Positions 1 through 9,242 of a DNA stretch of 64,000 bases are shown piece by piece; the stretch's first letter is position 1, and the number at the start of each line of letters is the position of its first letter. The notes under the pieces were generated by a model. That model made no database searches, was not told the origin of the DNA, and was given only the letters and a program-made list of their open reading frames with translations. Position numbers and translations under genes: made by a program. This DNA is from Escherichia phage AV125: sequence record OR352955.1; one strand, given 5' to 3'.

Positions 1-772
1 CTTGTTGCTTAAGGTCATAGTTAGGATCACTAGGTTTCATGTTAACACCTTCTTGTAAAAAGAAAATAACTTTAGGGAATACAGGTGTTACATGATCTTT
101 GCCTAGACCGTTACTATGCACTTTAAGATAGTTAGCTGTGATCATTCTGCCAAAAACAGAGGTATCCAGACCCATACTGATTGTAATAAAAGGAGATTGT
201 CCATTTACACTCATTAAAGTATTAACCTGATACAAGAGAGTTTGCATCGCATCATATACATCTTGTTCGGTCATTTCCAGGGCTTCTTTCCTTGCATAAC
301 AGCCGTAGCGACGTTTGGTTATCTCCATGTTTTTAAGGAAACTAGCTTCAACATAAGGACTAAGACCTTTATCAATGTGCGCACACGTTTGACCTCCATA
401 CTGACTGGAGGCAACAGCTTGAATGATTTGAGTTAGCACTGTAGTAGCTACCCCAATAGATTTTGGTTTTTCTATCTGTGCGGCTCCGATCTTAAAACCA
501 TTCTCTAACATATCTTGATAATTAACAAGACAACAGTTTGTAAGAGGAGAGAGTAGATAATCCAAGTCGTGAATATGTCCAAAACCTTCTGTATGCCATT
601 CTGACAAGTTTTTTGGCAGTATCTGTGTCATTGCCATATGTTTGCTTAAAATCCCCGCCAAGAGATCCCTGTGCGTGTTAACGAGGTGGGAAGGTTTGTT
701 TGCATTCTCTCTAGTGTATGTTTCTGAAGTGCGATCTAAAAAAGAAAAAACATCTTGGTACAAATCTTTCAT
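1..772 (-). CDS. nrdD: anaerobic ribonucleoside-triphosphate reductase (class III RNR) NrdD, N-terminal part; gene continues beyond window start
   Basis: Own translation from ATG 772..770: MKDLYQDVFSFLDRTSETYTRENANKPSHLVNTHRDLLAGILSKH...TNCCLVNYQDMLENGFKIGAAQIEKPKSIGVATT...SQYGGQTCAHIDKGLSPYV; closely resembles NrdD N-terminus as remembered from T4; frame open to position 1. Confidence 0.75.
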   Translation of the reverse strand, partial: MKDLYQDVFSFLDRTSETYTRENANKPSHLVNTHRDLLAGILSKHMAMTQILPKNLSEWHTEGFGHIHDLDYLLSPLTNCCLVNYQDMLENGFKIGAAQIEKPKSIGVATTVLTQIIQAVASSQYGGQTCAHIDKGLSPYVEASFLKNMEITKRRYGCYARKEALEMTEQDVYDAMQTLLYQVNTLMSVNGQSPFITISMGLDTSVFGRMITANYLKVHSNGLGKDHVTPVFPKVIFFLQEGVNMKPSDPNYDLKQQ

Positions 773-843
773 TATTAATCCTTATTTTGTGAGTAGAACT
801 ATTATTCTACCTCTTCCAACCGAAAAAAGCTTTGAGGAAAATC

Positions 844-864
844 AAAAAAGGCGCAAAGTGCGCC
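844..864 (-). terminator. intrinsic terminator (hairpin GGCGCA-aag-TGCGCC plus T-run on minus strand)
   Basis: Perfect 6-bp stem at 850-855/859-864, flanked by A6 on plus strand (T6 on minus); lies between 449-aa gene and nrdD. Confidence 0.6.
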
Positions 865-872
865 TTTAAGTT

Positions 873-2222
873 TTATTGTTTGGAGAGGAATTGTCTTCCC
901 ATGATCTTACCGTTCTTTACAGCGGTCCCATCATGTCCATTATAATCCCAAGTTCCATCGATATTACGCAAGAAGCTATCACGAACAGTGTAGGCTTTAC
1001 CGTTCTCTACTTTACTTTCTTCCACAATGATCGCCATAACAAGCTTATTTTCAATTTCGGTAGTAACCGATTCTTTGATACCCTCTGTAACTTCACGATC
1101 ATATTGGATATAAACTCGCTCCTCAGTCACTTGCACGTCTACCACATTTTTAAATGTGTAGGTCTGTTGTGTAGTGTAGAGGACACGAACGACACTCTTC
1201 TTACCTACTGGCGGCTTCTGACGACGTTTGCGGTAACGTGGAGACGGGTTAAGTTTAATATAGCCTACAATATCTGATCCATCTCCAGAGTGGCTCCAAT
1301 AAAGTGTCTCTGCCAACAAACCTTTTCCTTGGTCCCCATTTCGAAAAAGAACATCAACAGGACCATCACAAGGGCGTTTACCTCCAATGTGGGCTTGGTA
1401 TTTTGCTGTTCTTGGGAGAACAAAATATTCTTCAATCTGCCATTCACTATCGTATTTCTCCCATTCAAAGTGGTTGGCTTTGCATACTTCTAAAACACCA
1501 TTTTTGTAACGGACTTGAACAAAGTCCTCACAAGGTTGAATACCTGTATTAGGAATATAGGTAGGCTCTGTGTCTTCTGGTTCAAAAGTCTCTTTTTGTT
1601 GTTCCACATCTTCCACTTTTCTTACATGTTTAGTATAAAACATATCTTTAAACTCCTGGGCTTCAACCTCAACTGCAAATTCATGTTCTCTGACAGCCGG
1701 AGGCACAAGGCTTCCACACTCAAGATGTAGAGCATCCAGACCTGCCATTTTATCGTAAAAGATAACTTTTCGATACTTCTTACCGTCTTCTGGAATAGCA
1801 GGGTCTACTCGTTTAAGACGGGAAGCATCGCTTTTAGTCCAAAAACTCTTCCCTGTTGTATTATTGAAAGTAGTAATCATTTCTCCAATTTCTTCTTCAG
1901 AAAGGTTACTAGTGTCTGTGTAAACATCTTCAATTTTTAGCATTTTAGTTTTCTTAAAAATTAAATCTAGCATTGCATCTCCTGTAAAACGTAGTTCATT
2001 ATCTCCTACTGTCGGCTCTCCAGTAAATTCATCGGTCCCGACTGTGTGACAGATGTATGGAAAATTTGTGCAACCGTGTAAAAGAGCATATTGTCCTGTA
2101 AGTTTAGGATCTGTCTCTTTAGTCCAACCATATGCAATCTCAATAGCTTTGCAAAGCCTATCGAACAAGCCCCGATTGTTTGCCGCTGTTACCAAATCTT
2201 GCTTATGTGCATATACATTCAT
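873..2222 (-). CDS. hypothetical protein (449 aa)
   Basis: Long ORF, start overlaps upstream stop (ATGA); no motif recognised. Confidence 0.7.
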   Translation of the reverse strand: MNVYAHKQDLVTAANNRGLFDRLCKAIEIAYGWTKETDPKLTGQYALLHGCTNFPYICHTVGTDEFTGEPTVGDNELRFTGDAMLDLIFKKTKMLKIEDVYTDTSNLSEEEIGEMITTFNNTTGKSFWTKSDASRLKRVDPAIPEDGKKYRKVIFYDKMAGLDALHLECGSLVPPAVREHEFAVEVEAQEFKDMFYTKHVRKVEDVEQQKETFEPEDTEPTYIPNTGIQPCEDFVQVRYKNGVLEVCKANHFEWEKYDSEWQIEEYFVLPRTAKYQAHIGGKRPCDGPVDVLFRNGDQGKGLLAETLYWSHSGDGSDIVGYIKLNPSPRYRKRRQKPPVGKKSVVRVLYTTQQTYTFKNVVDVQVTEERVYIQYDREVTEGIKESVTTEIENKLVMAIIVEESKVENGKAYTVRDSFLRNIDGTWDYNGHDGTAVKNGKIMGRQFLSKQ

Positions 2223-2773
2223 AATAACCCTCCTCGTTTTATTGCAATAGATGCCCTAGGCTCTGCGATACCAGTGGCGTATAAATATGGATGACCTTGT
2301 GGAGAAGTTCTCATCCCAAACGAACCTAATTCTAACCCATACATATCTTCCACGTCAAGACCAATATCTGTCTCTATGATTTGAGTTTGAACTTTGTAAT
2401 ACGTCCAAAAGAAATAGCGCATAGTTTCGGCATATTCTTTGACGGACGCTCCTGGATAAAACTCAATAATTTCCAACTTTAAGAAAATGTTAAAATGAGC
2501 ATCATCCAACTCTTCTTCTGTTCGGTAGCAAGGTGTTAGAGCCATATAAGGATGATCTGTTGAAAATTCGAACCCATCTTTCTCCATCTGGAGGAAAGAC
2601 TGCTCTGCACTGGCTACGTAGAACTTACCATTAGGATGCCCCAAGGGGCGATCCTCTTTACCTTCTGGTAATGTATATGCAAGGATATCCGCATCTACAA
2701 GATAAGGGACTTCCAACATCTCCGCAAATCGCCCGTAGTAATCAATAGCTTGAGCAATAACAGCTACGTTCAT
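2219..2773 (-). CDS. hypothetical protein (184 aa)
   Basis: ORF with ATGA overlap to neighbours; function not recognised. Confidence 0.6.
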   Translation of the reverse strand: MNVAVIAQAIDYYGRFAEMLEVPYLVDADILAYTLPEGKEDRPLGHPNGKFYVASAEQSFLQMEKDGFEFSTDHPYMALTPCYRTEEELDDAHFNIFLKLEIIEFYPGASVKEYAETMRYFFWTYYKVQTQIIETDIGLDVEDMYGLELGSFGMRTSPQGHPYLYATGIAEPRASIAIKRGGLL

Positions 2774-3021
2774 GATCTTCCTCCTGTGCGGAAAGCGCGT
2801 TTAGTAATGTTGGACATAATGATTAAATCTTGTAAAGTCATATCTGGGAACTGTTGTTCTAAAACTCCCTCAACAGCCCCTATAATATCTGATAATTCCA
2901 CAAGTTGCATTATTTTGCAATCCTGTTCAACAGCATCAAAAAGTTCTTCTACTTCCTCTTTAATCTTTTCTATGCTGCCATAAGGTTGTTTCTTAATGTC
3001 TGTTATGTGATACCCCGCCAT
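2770..3021 (-). CDS. MazG-like nucleoside triphosphate pyrophosphohydrolase (small)
   Basis: 83 aa; acidic EExxE-type helix IEKIKEEVEELFDAVEQD typical of MazG/dimeric dUTPase-like house-cleaning enzymes. Confidence 0.55.
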   Translation of the reverse strand: MAGYHITDIKKQPYGSIEKIKEEVEELFDAVEQDCKIMQLVELSDIIGAVEGVLEQQFPDMTLQDLIIMSNITKRAFRTGGRS

Positions 3022-4614
3022 TTAACGATCCTCTCTGATTTGATTAATCTTACGAGCAAGGGCAGCTATAAGCTTATCTTCTTCAGATACAGGAGCCGTG
3101 CTCTTACCTAAACGATGCATGTCTAAAATCTCTTGAACAGTCCGGTTCCATTGCAGACATTTAATACAACGTGTATGTGCAACATACAGAAGATTTCGTT
3201 CTGATTCTTCAAGACCTACCCACTCACCCTTCTTATCATAATTAGAAGGGAAGTCATTTGCAACAATAACCTGATCCCATTCCAAACCTTTTGATTTGTG
3301 GGCTGTAGTTAAAGTAACTTTAGCCGTTGGAGAGTTACGGTGCATACGTAAAGTGTATGCAATATTATTAGCTTTACCAGAAACAACAATGTTTAAAAGT
3401 CGTTTTGCATCAGGATCTGATTCTGCACACTCTACAAATTCTTCCCAAGAAGTGTAAGGTAGAACTGTCTCATGCTTAACTTTGTCCAAATCACCTCTAC
3501 GTAAAGCATTAACACTATCAACCATAGAAATGAAATCTTTGGTATCTACGTTAATAATAATCTCTTCTCCGTTAGCGATTCGATCCATAGCTTCGAGCAA
3601 CAGGGTCAAATTCTTACGGAAAATAATGGTGTAAGGTTTACTATAATCTACCACATCAGAATGAAAACTTCCAGTGACAGTATCATAACCTTTGCCTACC
3701 AGCGGATGCTTCAGAGGTGAGCGATCAGAAAGGATCGCATTAGCAATGTCCGCAACTTTAGGACCAAAGCGAAAACAAGCTGTCAGAGGCAACTCAACTC
3801 CATATGTAGCCGTTTGCTTCATCATGTTCTGGCTTCCACGGAACTGATAAATACTCTGAAATTCATCACCCACAACAACAATACGTTTAGCCGATTTAGC
3901 ATTGCGAAGGATAGACAGGAATGCAGGGTTAACATCCTGGAATTCATCTCCAAAAATAATATCGTATCCTAAATCTTCTTTACTCAATTCGAAGAGTTTC
4001 ACATAGGTGTCATGAGTCATAATGGTTTCTGATTTAGGATCAATACGCTCACGCCAAAGTTGCTTCGCATATTTAACAACTTCGTTAATAAGTTTTTGTT
4101 CGTTGATGTTCTTACGTTTAAGATCTGACATATGCACTTTAGGAAAATGTTTATGTCCAATATGTTCATCGTCAGAAAACTCATATTTAGCTAAAGTTTG
4201 TTTTACCATTAACCCGATCATTGCACGAGTCAGTAGCACTTTACCATTCTTATCAATCAAGTTCTGAATCTTGAATTTTTTGGCAATCTCACTACCAGTT
4301 CCAGCTACGTTAACATATTGACCTTCTGGACGAGACAATTTGTGTCGAAGGTTTTGTGGAAGACGCTGGTAACAGATTGAATGTAGCGTTCGGCACATAA
4401 CATTAGGCGGCATTTTACGTCGAGCTTCCTCTGCCATACTTTTGTTAAACGCCAAGTATAGAATACTATCATTTGTGCCATTAGCCAACATATACAGTGT
4501 TGACGTTTTACCTGATCCAGATTTAGCTTGAATTGTAACGAAACGATTTTCTTGATACCCACTTTCAATAGCGTATTGTTCGTCGGTAGGTGTAAAACTC
4601 AATTGTGTAGACAC
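3022..4614 (-). CDS. UvrD-like superfamily 1 DNA helicase
   Basis: 530 aa; Walker A AKSGSGKTS near N-terminus after TDEQ; Walker B DEFQD; C-terminal TAHKSKGLEWDQV motif. Confidence 0.75.
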   Translation of the reverse strand: MSTQLSFTPTDEQYAIESGYQENRFVTIQAKSGSGKTSTLYMLANGTNDSILYLAFNKSMAEEARRKMPPNVMCRTLHSICYQRLPQNLRHKLSRPEGQYVNVAGTGSEIAKKFKIQNLIDKNGKVLLTRAMIGLMVKQTLAKYEFSDDEHIGHKHFPKVHMSDLKRKNINEQKLINEVVKYAKQLWRERIDPKSETIMTHDTYVKLFELSKEDLGYDIIFGDEFQDVNPAFLSILRNAKSAKRIVVVGDEFQSIYQFRGSQNMMKQTATYGVELPLTACFRFGPKVADIANAILSDRSPLKHPLVGKGYDTVTGSFHSDVVDYSKPYTIIFRKNLTLLLEAMDRIANGEEIIINVDTKDFISMVDSVNALRRGDLDKVKHETVLPYTSWEEFVECAESDPDAKRLLNIVVSGKANNIAYTLRMHRNSPTAKVTLTTAHKSKGLEWDQVIVANDFPSNYDKKGEWVGLEESERNLLYVAHTRCIKCLQWNRTVQEILDMHRLGKSTAPVSEEDKLIAALARKINQIREDR

Positions 4615-4628
4615 GTATTTCTCCTCTC

Positions 4629-5144
4629 TTAATAAAAACTCTTGACAATCCTCATCATTTCCTTAGCTCTGCTGGCGTAAGGTTCTTTTAGATTAGGTGG
4701 CAAATGTGCATTAATGTATCCCATTTGTTTTTCCCATGTCCACTTATCTTTAAATCTTGGCATGGTGTCTCCTGCTAAACTGTTTTCTTTTCGTGTTTGA
4801 ATAATCCAATTACATGGAAAATGCACACCACCTTTACGGAAGGGAATATAATGTCCCAATGTGAATGCCTTATTGTTCTTTAAACGTCCAGCTAAATTAA
4901 GATTAACAATAAGACTACGAAACACGTAGTATTGATAAAGATTGTCAACAGTATATACAGAGTAGTATGCTCTAAGTGCATTATCTCGACTAAGATTACC
5001 AACATCCAAACTGCACCAGTTTAAATTACTTGGATCGTAGTTGTGATTATCAATCCATTCTTCTCTTTCCTCAAATTCTGCATTAACAGCAGACTGCCCT
5101 GCTGTAGATACAAAAAGAGAATTTGCATCAAAGAACATACTCAC
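4629..5144 (-). CDS. hypothetical protein (171 aa)
   Basis: ORF track; compact spacing to neighbours. Confidence 0.55.
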   Translation of the reverse strand: MSMFFDANSLFVSTAGQSAVNAEFEEREEWIDNHNYDPSNLNWCSLDVGNLSRDNALRAYYSVYTVDNLYQYYVFRSLIVNLNLAGRLKNNKAFTLGHYIPFRKGGVHFPCNWIIQTRKENSLAGDTMPRFKDKWTWEKQMGYINAHLPPNLKEPYASRAKEMMRIVKSFY

Positions 5145-5151
5145 TCCCCCT

Positions 5152-5505
5152 TTAGTTTACATCGTTTAGAGCATTACCAATCTTTAAGATAATAACGTCG
5201 TTAAGAGCTTCTTCTCCATTAAGGCCAGAGAAAGCAGGAGTAACGAAAGTTACCATATAATAATGGTCTTCTTGTAGGATTGCGATAACGCCGTCTAGTT
5301 TAACATCTCCTGTGAAACGAAAAACTTTCAACTTTTGTTCTAAAGGAAGATCTCCTTCGACATTTAAAACCATATCTCCGACACCAAACTTTTCTGCCCC
5401 GATGTAGATGTAAGTTTGGTCCTCTTTTTTATGGTAATACAATGTTGCTTGTTTGTCTTGTAGTGTTGTGATACCAAACACATCTACATCAATAATATTT
5501 TTCAA
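5152..5505 (-). CDS. hypothetical protein (117 aa, TTG start)
   Basis: Track ORF 5152..5562 shortened to TTG at 5505 preceded by GGAGGAG; start overlaps upstream TGA stop. Confidence 0.45.
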   Translation of the reverse strand: MKNIIDVDVFGITTLQDKQATLYYHKKEDQTYIYIGAEKFGVGDMVLNVEGDLPLEQKLKVFRFTGDVKLDGVIAILQEDHYYMVTFVTPAFSGLNGEEALNDVIILKIGNALNDVN

Positions 5506-5870
5506 AAATTCTCCTCCCAAATCCAATAATTGTCTACATAAGTAGGATGCCTTTTGTCCCACTCTTTTCTAGCCCAGACCACGGCTGCTACCAATACATC
5601 TCCATGACAAGGTTGAGGGGAGCAGAAGCAAACTAAGTCTTTCCCTTCTAACTCTAATAAATCTTCAAGAGTGATCTTACCACAACGAATTTGCTCCCAC
5701 AACCACTCTTTATACCTTTGTATAGTTGATCCTCGTGGTTCATCATCTTTTAACTTAAAAGGGTTTGCAAACTTAGAGGCTTTTAATCCCATGTGTGGCA
5801 TTGCTCTACCAATATAAACAGCACCTTCTGGGATTGTTTTGCCTAAATGGTAAAAGTTTAATACCTTCAT
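5502..5870 (-). CDS. DUF4326-family protein
   Basis: 122 aa; N-terminal PEGAVYIGRA...NPF pattern as remembered for DUF4326. Confidence 0.5.
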   Translation of the reverse strand: MKVLNFYHLGKTIPEGAVYIGRAMPHMGLKASKFANPFKLKDDEPRGSTIQRYKEWLWEQIRCGKITLEDLLELEGKDLVCFCSPQPCHGDVLVAAVVWARKEWDKRHPTYVDNYWIWEENF

Positions 5871-5871
5871 A

Positions 5872-6231
5872 TTAACCTAAACACATACGTGCGATCAGAC
5901 CCTGGATGAGTTTATCTGCTTCTTCCCGATCATAGTCGGTATCTTCTATACCACCATCTTCGTCACGATAAACTTTACCTTCCAGGTACCCAGCATCGAT
6001 CAAACCAATAATCAAATCGAACTGCCAGCAAGAGTTACCGAAAGGGCGTTTTCCACTGAAACTATCTTCTTCCCAAAGTGTAGAGAGCAGTCGTCTGAAA
6101 TATTCACGCACAGTAACAGTGCCAAGATCATCGTCTTCAAAAACAACATCTAAAGCATCTGGTTCAGCTTTCTCTACAACAGGCACATAACGTTGACCAT
6201 TAATAACAACATCTACGATTGTTTCTCTCAT
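5872..6231 (-). CDS. hypothetical protein (119 aa)
   Basis: ORF track. Confidence 0.55.
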   Translation of the reverse strand: MRETIVDVVINGQRYVPVVEKAEPDALDVVFEDDDLGTVTVREYFRRLLSTLWEEDSFSGKRPFGNSCWQFDLIIGLIDAGYLEGKVYRDEDGGIEDTDYDREEADKLIQGLIARMCLG

Positions 6232-6590
6232 TTTTCCTCCTTTTTGTATTCAATGAACATATCTGCATAGTAAGCTTTACGTTCTTCAAATTTAGCAGGG
6301 TTTACCACAATGAACAACACCTTTCTATTGTCTTGTGGTTCTTTGACTGTAATATATAAATCTTTTGTGCAATAGAAACCTGTGGCTTTGTAAGCGTCAC
6401 CCCAATTATCCACTCCACGATCTATACGATCAAACTTGCAGTTATACTTTTTATCATCCACCTGGTAGACAGCTTCACCACCATACCAAGTGAAGAATTG
6501 GCTACCTTCCACCCCAATCTTGAAACCATCACGGGCGGCTGTAGCATTGGTGGCAATCATCAACATCAGGACACAAAGTAGCCTTTTCAT
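6228..6590 (-). CDS. predicted secreted/periplasmic protein (signal peptide)
   Basis: N-terminus MKRLLCVLMLMIATNATAA is signal-peptide-like; ATGA overlap with downstream gene. Confidence 0.55.
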   Translation of the reverse strand: MKRLLCVLMLMIATNATAARDGFKIGVEGSQFFTWYGGEAVYQVDDKKYNCKFDRIDRGVDNWGDAYKATGFYCTKDLYITVKEPQDNRKVLFIVVNPAKFEERKAYYADMFIEYKKEEK

Positions 6591-6896
6591 TTAGAATTCC
6601 TCTTCAGTCTTCTGTCGGTTTTTGAAGAATACTACGTCATATACCTCTCCGTAACCATCATTTACACAGAACATAATAAAACGATCATCTTCTGCTGTTG
6701 GTGCGCGATGTTCAAGTTCAAAACTTTCAATAAAACCTCGTGAATTTACGTAGTAGATTTCATCCTCACCAGAGAACATCCAATCCCTGTCTATCAGATA
6801 GAAAGCTAAACTCACAGGCAACAACTCATCCTTCACAGAATCATTGTACAGCATGTGGGCTGCAACTGCCAAGCTTAAAGTCGGATTATACAACAT
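6591..6896 (-). CDS. hypothetical protein, paralog of 6896..7123
   Basis: 101 aa; shares FIMxFVNxGxGExxxVVFxK motif with adjacent ORF. Confidence 0.5.
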   Translation of the reverse strand: MLYNPTLSLAVAAHMLYNDSVKDELLPVSLAFYLIDRDWMFSGEDEIYYVNSRGFIESFELEHRAPTAEDDRFIMFCVNDGYGEVYDVVFFKNRQKTEEEF

Positions 6897-7123
6897 TACA
6901 CCTCCTCGTCAGACTCATCTGCTTTAGAGAATACAACATTAAACGTTTCACCGCAACCATTATTTACGAAATACATGATAAAGTTTTCATCTTCGTCTAC
7001 AGGGTCACGGTATTCCAGTTCGTAGCTATACAGAGAACTATCGCTTGTGGCTCCCTGCGGATACCAGAAATAGATCTCATCGAAAGATTTAACCCACTTC
7101 AAACCTGTACGATCCTCAAACAC
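6896..7123 (-). CDS. hypothetical protein, paralog of 6591..6896 (GTG start)
   Basis: 75 aa; FIMYFVNNGCGETFNVVFSK motif. Confidence 0.4.
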   Translation of the reverse strand: MFEDRTGLKWVKSFDEIYFWYPQGATSDSSLYSYELEYRDPVDEDENFIMYFVNNGCGETFNVVFSKADESDEEV

Positions 7124-7204
7124 TAATGAGGAAGGATTGTCAGCATCTTTGACAGCTTCTTCATAATCCTAGTGGAACTTGACTGCTGTTGATAATGTGC
7201 TCAT

Positions 7205-7378
7205 TATGCCTCCTCGTAATGTTTGCAAACAACGTGTCTCCACGTCTTCTTATAATGTTCTCGCTTCGTCATAGCTTCTTGATAAGAGGGAATACGCTGT
7301 AACAGAAGTCTCCATTCACAGTCTACGCCCATACGTCCGTACAAAGCATAACGAACATTGTTTTTCTTGTCTTGCATA
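7205..7378 (-). CDS. small hypothetical protein (57 aa)
   Basis: Own translation MQDKKNNVRYALYGRMGVDCEWRLLLQRIPSYQEAMTKREHYKKTWRHVVCKHYEEA; GGAGGGAG precedes ATG. Confidence 0.35.
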
Positions 7379-7396
7379 CTCCCTCCGATCAGTTAA

Positions 7397-7594
7397 TTAA
7401 ACTTTTTCCCAAGTACCAAAAGCACAGGAAGGGTAGATTCCAACTTGAGGGTTTCCGTTATCATCTTTGAAAGTAAAACTGTTGTTGTCTTTATCAAGAA
7501 CTGTAGAATAAATCTTACCAACAGTAACGCAGTTGGAAGCTTGACCCAGTTCAGTGAGAGTAAGACATTTCATTTTCTGTTTCTTTGTAGCCAT
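7397..7594 (-). CDS. hypothetical protein (65 aa)
   Basis: ORF track; preceded by promoter-like element. Confidence 0.45.
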   Translation of the reverse strand: MATKKQKMKCLTLTELGQASNCVTVGKIYSTVLDKDNNSFTFKDDNGNPQVGIYPSCAFGTWEKV

Positions 7595-7624
7595 TTATAA
7601 AATCTCCTTAGTAAGTGAATCTTT

Positions 7625-7654
7625 ATTCTACACAAAGAGCTTTGCACATGTCAA
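7625..7654 (-). promoter_or_regulatory. sigma70-type promoter (minus strand)
   Basis: rc reads TTGACA (7654-7649) - 18 nt - TAGAAT (7630-7625) upstream of 7594 start. Confidence 0.4.
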
Positions 7655-7676
7655 GTAACTCTTTGTCAGATTAGTC

Positions 7677-7946
7677 TTAATGATTGGTGATGTTGATGAC
7701 AATCTTAGTTTCAACCTTAGCCCAACAGGAGTCTGCTTCATTAAAACGACTATTCACAATGTATTCTCCTGCACGAGAACCTGTTAAGCACACTGCACCT
7801 GTATCTGTAGCCAAATAGTATTCCCGTTCTTGTTCATCTACTTCTGCAATGTAATAGTAGAAAACAGACATAGGTTCAATTTCAGATAAACGGTATAACT
7901 TTGGAACAGGGGATTTCTCGATAAACTCAACAGAAGTTTTACTCAT
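7677..7946 (-). CDS. hypothetical protein (89 aa)
   Basis: ORF track. Confidence 0.5.
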   Translation of the reverse strand: MSKTSVEFIEKSPVPKLYRLSEIEPMSVFYYYIAEVDEQEREYYLATDTGAVCLTGSRAGEYIVNSRFNEADSCWAKVETKIVINITNH

Positions 7947-8179
7947 TTGTTTTCTCCTAGATCTAAACTAATTAAGAAGTCACGAAGGATGATCATTTGT
8001 TCTGTAGACAATGATAATACACCTTCTCCATAAATATCACCAGACCATTCAGCAGTTAGATCTAGTGTACCAGTACCAGGAAACCAATCAACAGTGATCT
8101 GATTACCATTAGAGTCAGGTAGTATTTCACTGACTAACATAACACACTCTCCTATTATTGTTCTTGATCTTACGATCAT
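7943..8179 (-). CDS. hypothetical protein (78 aa)
   Basis: ORF track; ATGA overlap. Confidence 0.5.
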   Translation of the reverse strand: MIVRSRTIIGECVMLVSEILPDSNGNQITVDWFPGTGTLDLTAEWSGDIYGEGVLSLSTEQMIILRDFLISLDLGENK

Positions 8180-8255
8180 CTACCGATAAGAACAAGTACT
8201 TAAATCTCTGTTCTTCGAACATCTAACGATAGAGATTAATCTATTACATAATCTA

Positions 8256-8313
8256 TACTCGCTATCGCTCGACCCTTCGGGGTTAGGGTAGCATATTTTT
8301 TGAAAAAAGTCAA
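8256..8313. repeat. copy 1 of ~60-bp repeated intergenic element
   Basis: TACTCGCTATCGCTCG ... TTAGGGTAGCATATTTTTTGAAAAAAGTCAA; second copy at 42547-42607. Confidence 0.7.
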
Positions 8314-8316
8314 CAC

Positions 8317-8634
8317 TTATTTTTTGGTAAGTAGATAAATCAATTGTTCACCTGCTTCTGGTGCATATAGTGCTTTAGTATCGAAGTCAAAGAAGTGAGT
8401 GACTCCTGTTACTTTGGATGCATGAATAGATAATCGTGCAAGCTTAAGCAGATTATCCATTTCCGCAATCTTTGCACGAAATACTGCACGTGTAGCGTCA
8501 AAAGCTGCATGTGGCATGTATTTACGATTTAGACTACTACGTTTAAATTTACGATAATCTGCAATGATCCTGTTACGTTCTTTGTTCAAGTGCTTTACCA
8601 GTGCAGTATATACATGTGGTTCTTTGTTAGCCAT
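8317..8634 (-). CDS. hypothetical protein (105 aa)
   Basis: Track ORF 8317..8667 shortened to ATG 8634 preceded by AGAGGAGA. Confidence 0.5.
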   Translation of the reverse strand: MANKEPHVYTALVKHLNKERNRIIADYRKFKRSSLNRKYMPHAAFDATRAVFRAKIAEMDNLLKLARLSIHASKVTGVTHFFDFDTKALYAPEAGEQLIYLLTKK

Positions 8635-8839
8635 TGTTAATCTCCTCTTCATATGTTGGTAGTGCATGGTATGCGATCACAGGTGCCAAGTCAAAATAAA
8701 AATGACCATTGATAACAGCTATCGTGCCATTGCGTGTTTTGTTAACTTCACAGAATCCCTTCTTGCCGTTTGCCATGATTACAAGCCACTCTCCGATAGG
8801 AACATCCTCGGTACCAGATACTTTAATCCATCCACTCAC
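8627..8839 (-). CDS. hypothetical protein (70 aa)
   Basis: ORF track; ATGA overlap with upstream gene. Confidence 0.45.
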   Translation of the reverse strand: MSGWIKVSGTEDVPIGEWLVIMANGKKGFCEVNKTRNGTIAVINGHFYFDLAPVIAYHALPTYEEEINNG

Positions 8840-9096
8840 TTTACTTCCCCTTTGTAATCGGACACTATACCAGGTCTTACTTTTGCCTTAAGATGTTTCA
8901 ACTCTGCCATAGGAGTTGCCGCTTGTATAAGGTTAATAATTTCAACCTCGTAGATAGTATACTCATAACCCGCATACTTCCCGATGGAATGCAGGTATTT
9001 GATAGCATGTTCAGGTGAATCTGCTTCAACATACCCCAAATCTTTTGTAGTGCGGCCTTCACAGTCGCCTTCTGTAGTTACGTGATAAAGTGTCAT
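8836..9096 (-). CDS. hypothetical protein (86 aa)
   Basis: ORF track. Confidence 0.5.
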   Translation of the reverse strand: MTLYHVTTEGDCEGRTTKDLGYVEADSPEHAIKYLHSIGKYAGYEYTIYEVEIINLIQAATPMAELKHLKAKVRPGIVSDYKGEVK

Positions 9097-9242
9097 AAAA
9101 CCTCCTCATAGTAAGGTAAAGCCTTGATCAGTTGTTCTGAAGTGCCATTTTGCACCCACGTAACACCCTTGTCAAGAGAAACATACCTTTTCTTATTGAT
9201 AAATTTACGGAGACAACCAGTGAACTTGTTTTTGTAGATCAT
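9093..9242 (-). CDS. small hypothetical protein (49 aa)
   Basis: Own translation MIYKNKFTGCLRKFINKKRYVSLDKGVTWVQNGTSEQLIKALPYYEEVL; start and stop both overlap neighbours. Confidence 0.35.
   Translation of the reverse strand: MIYKNKFTGCLRKFINKKRYVSLDKGVTWVQNGTSEQLIKALPYYEEVL

Noticed and set aside
876-1730. Plus-strand ORFs 876..1277, 1290..1493, 1304..1552, 1515..1730 and similar antisense ORFs inside long genes elsewhere
   Set aside because: They lie wholly inside longer, motif-supported or tightly packed ORFs on the opposite strand and lack ribosome-binding sites; treated as frame artefacts.
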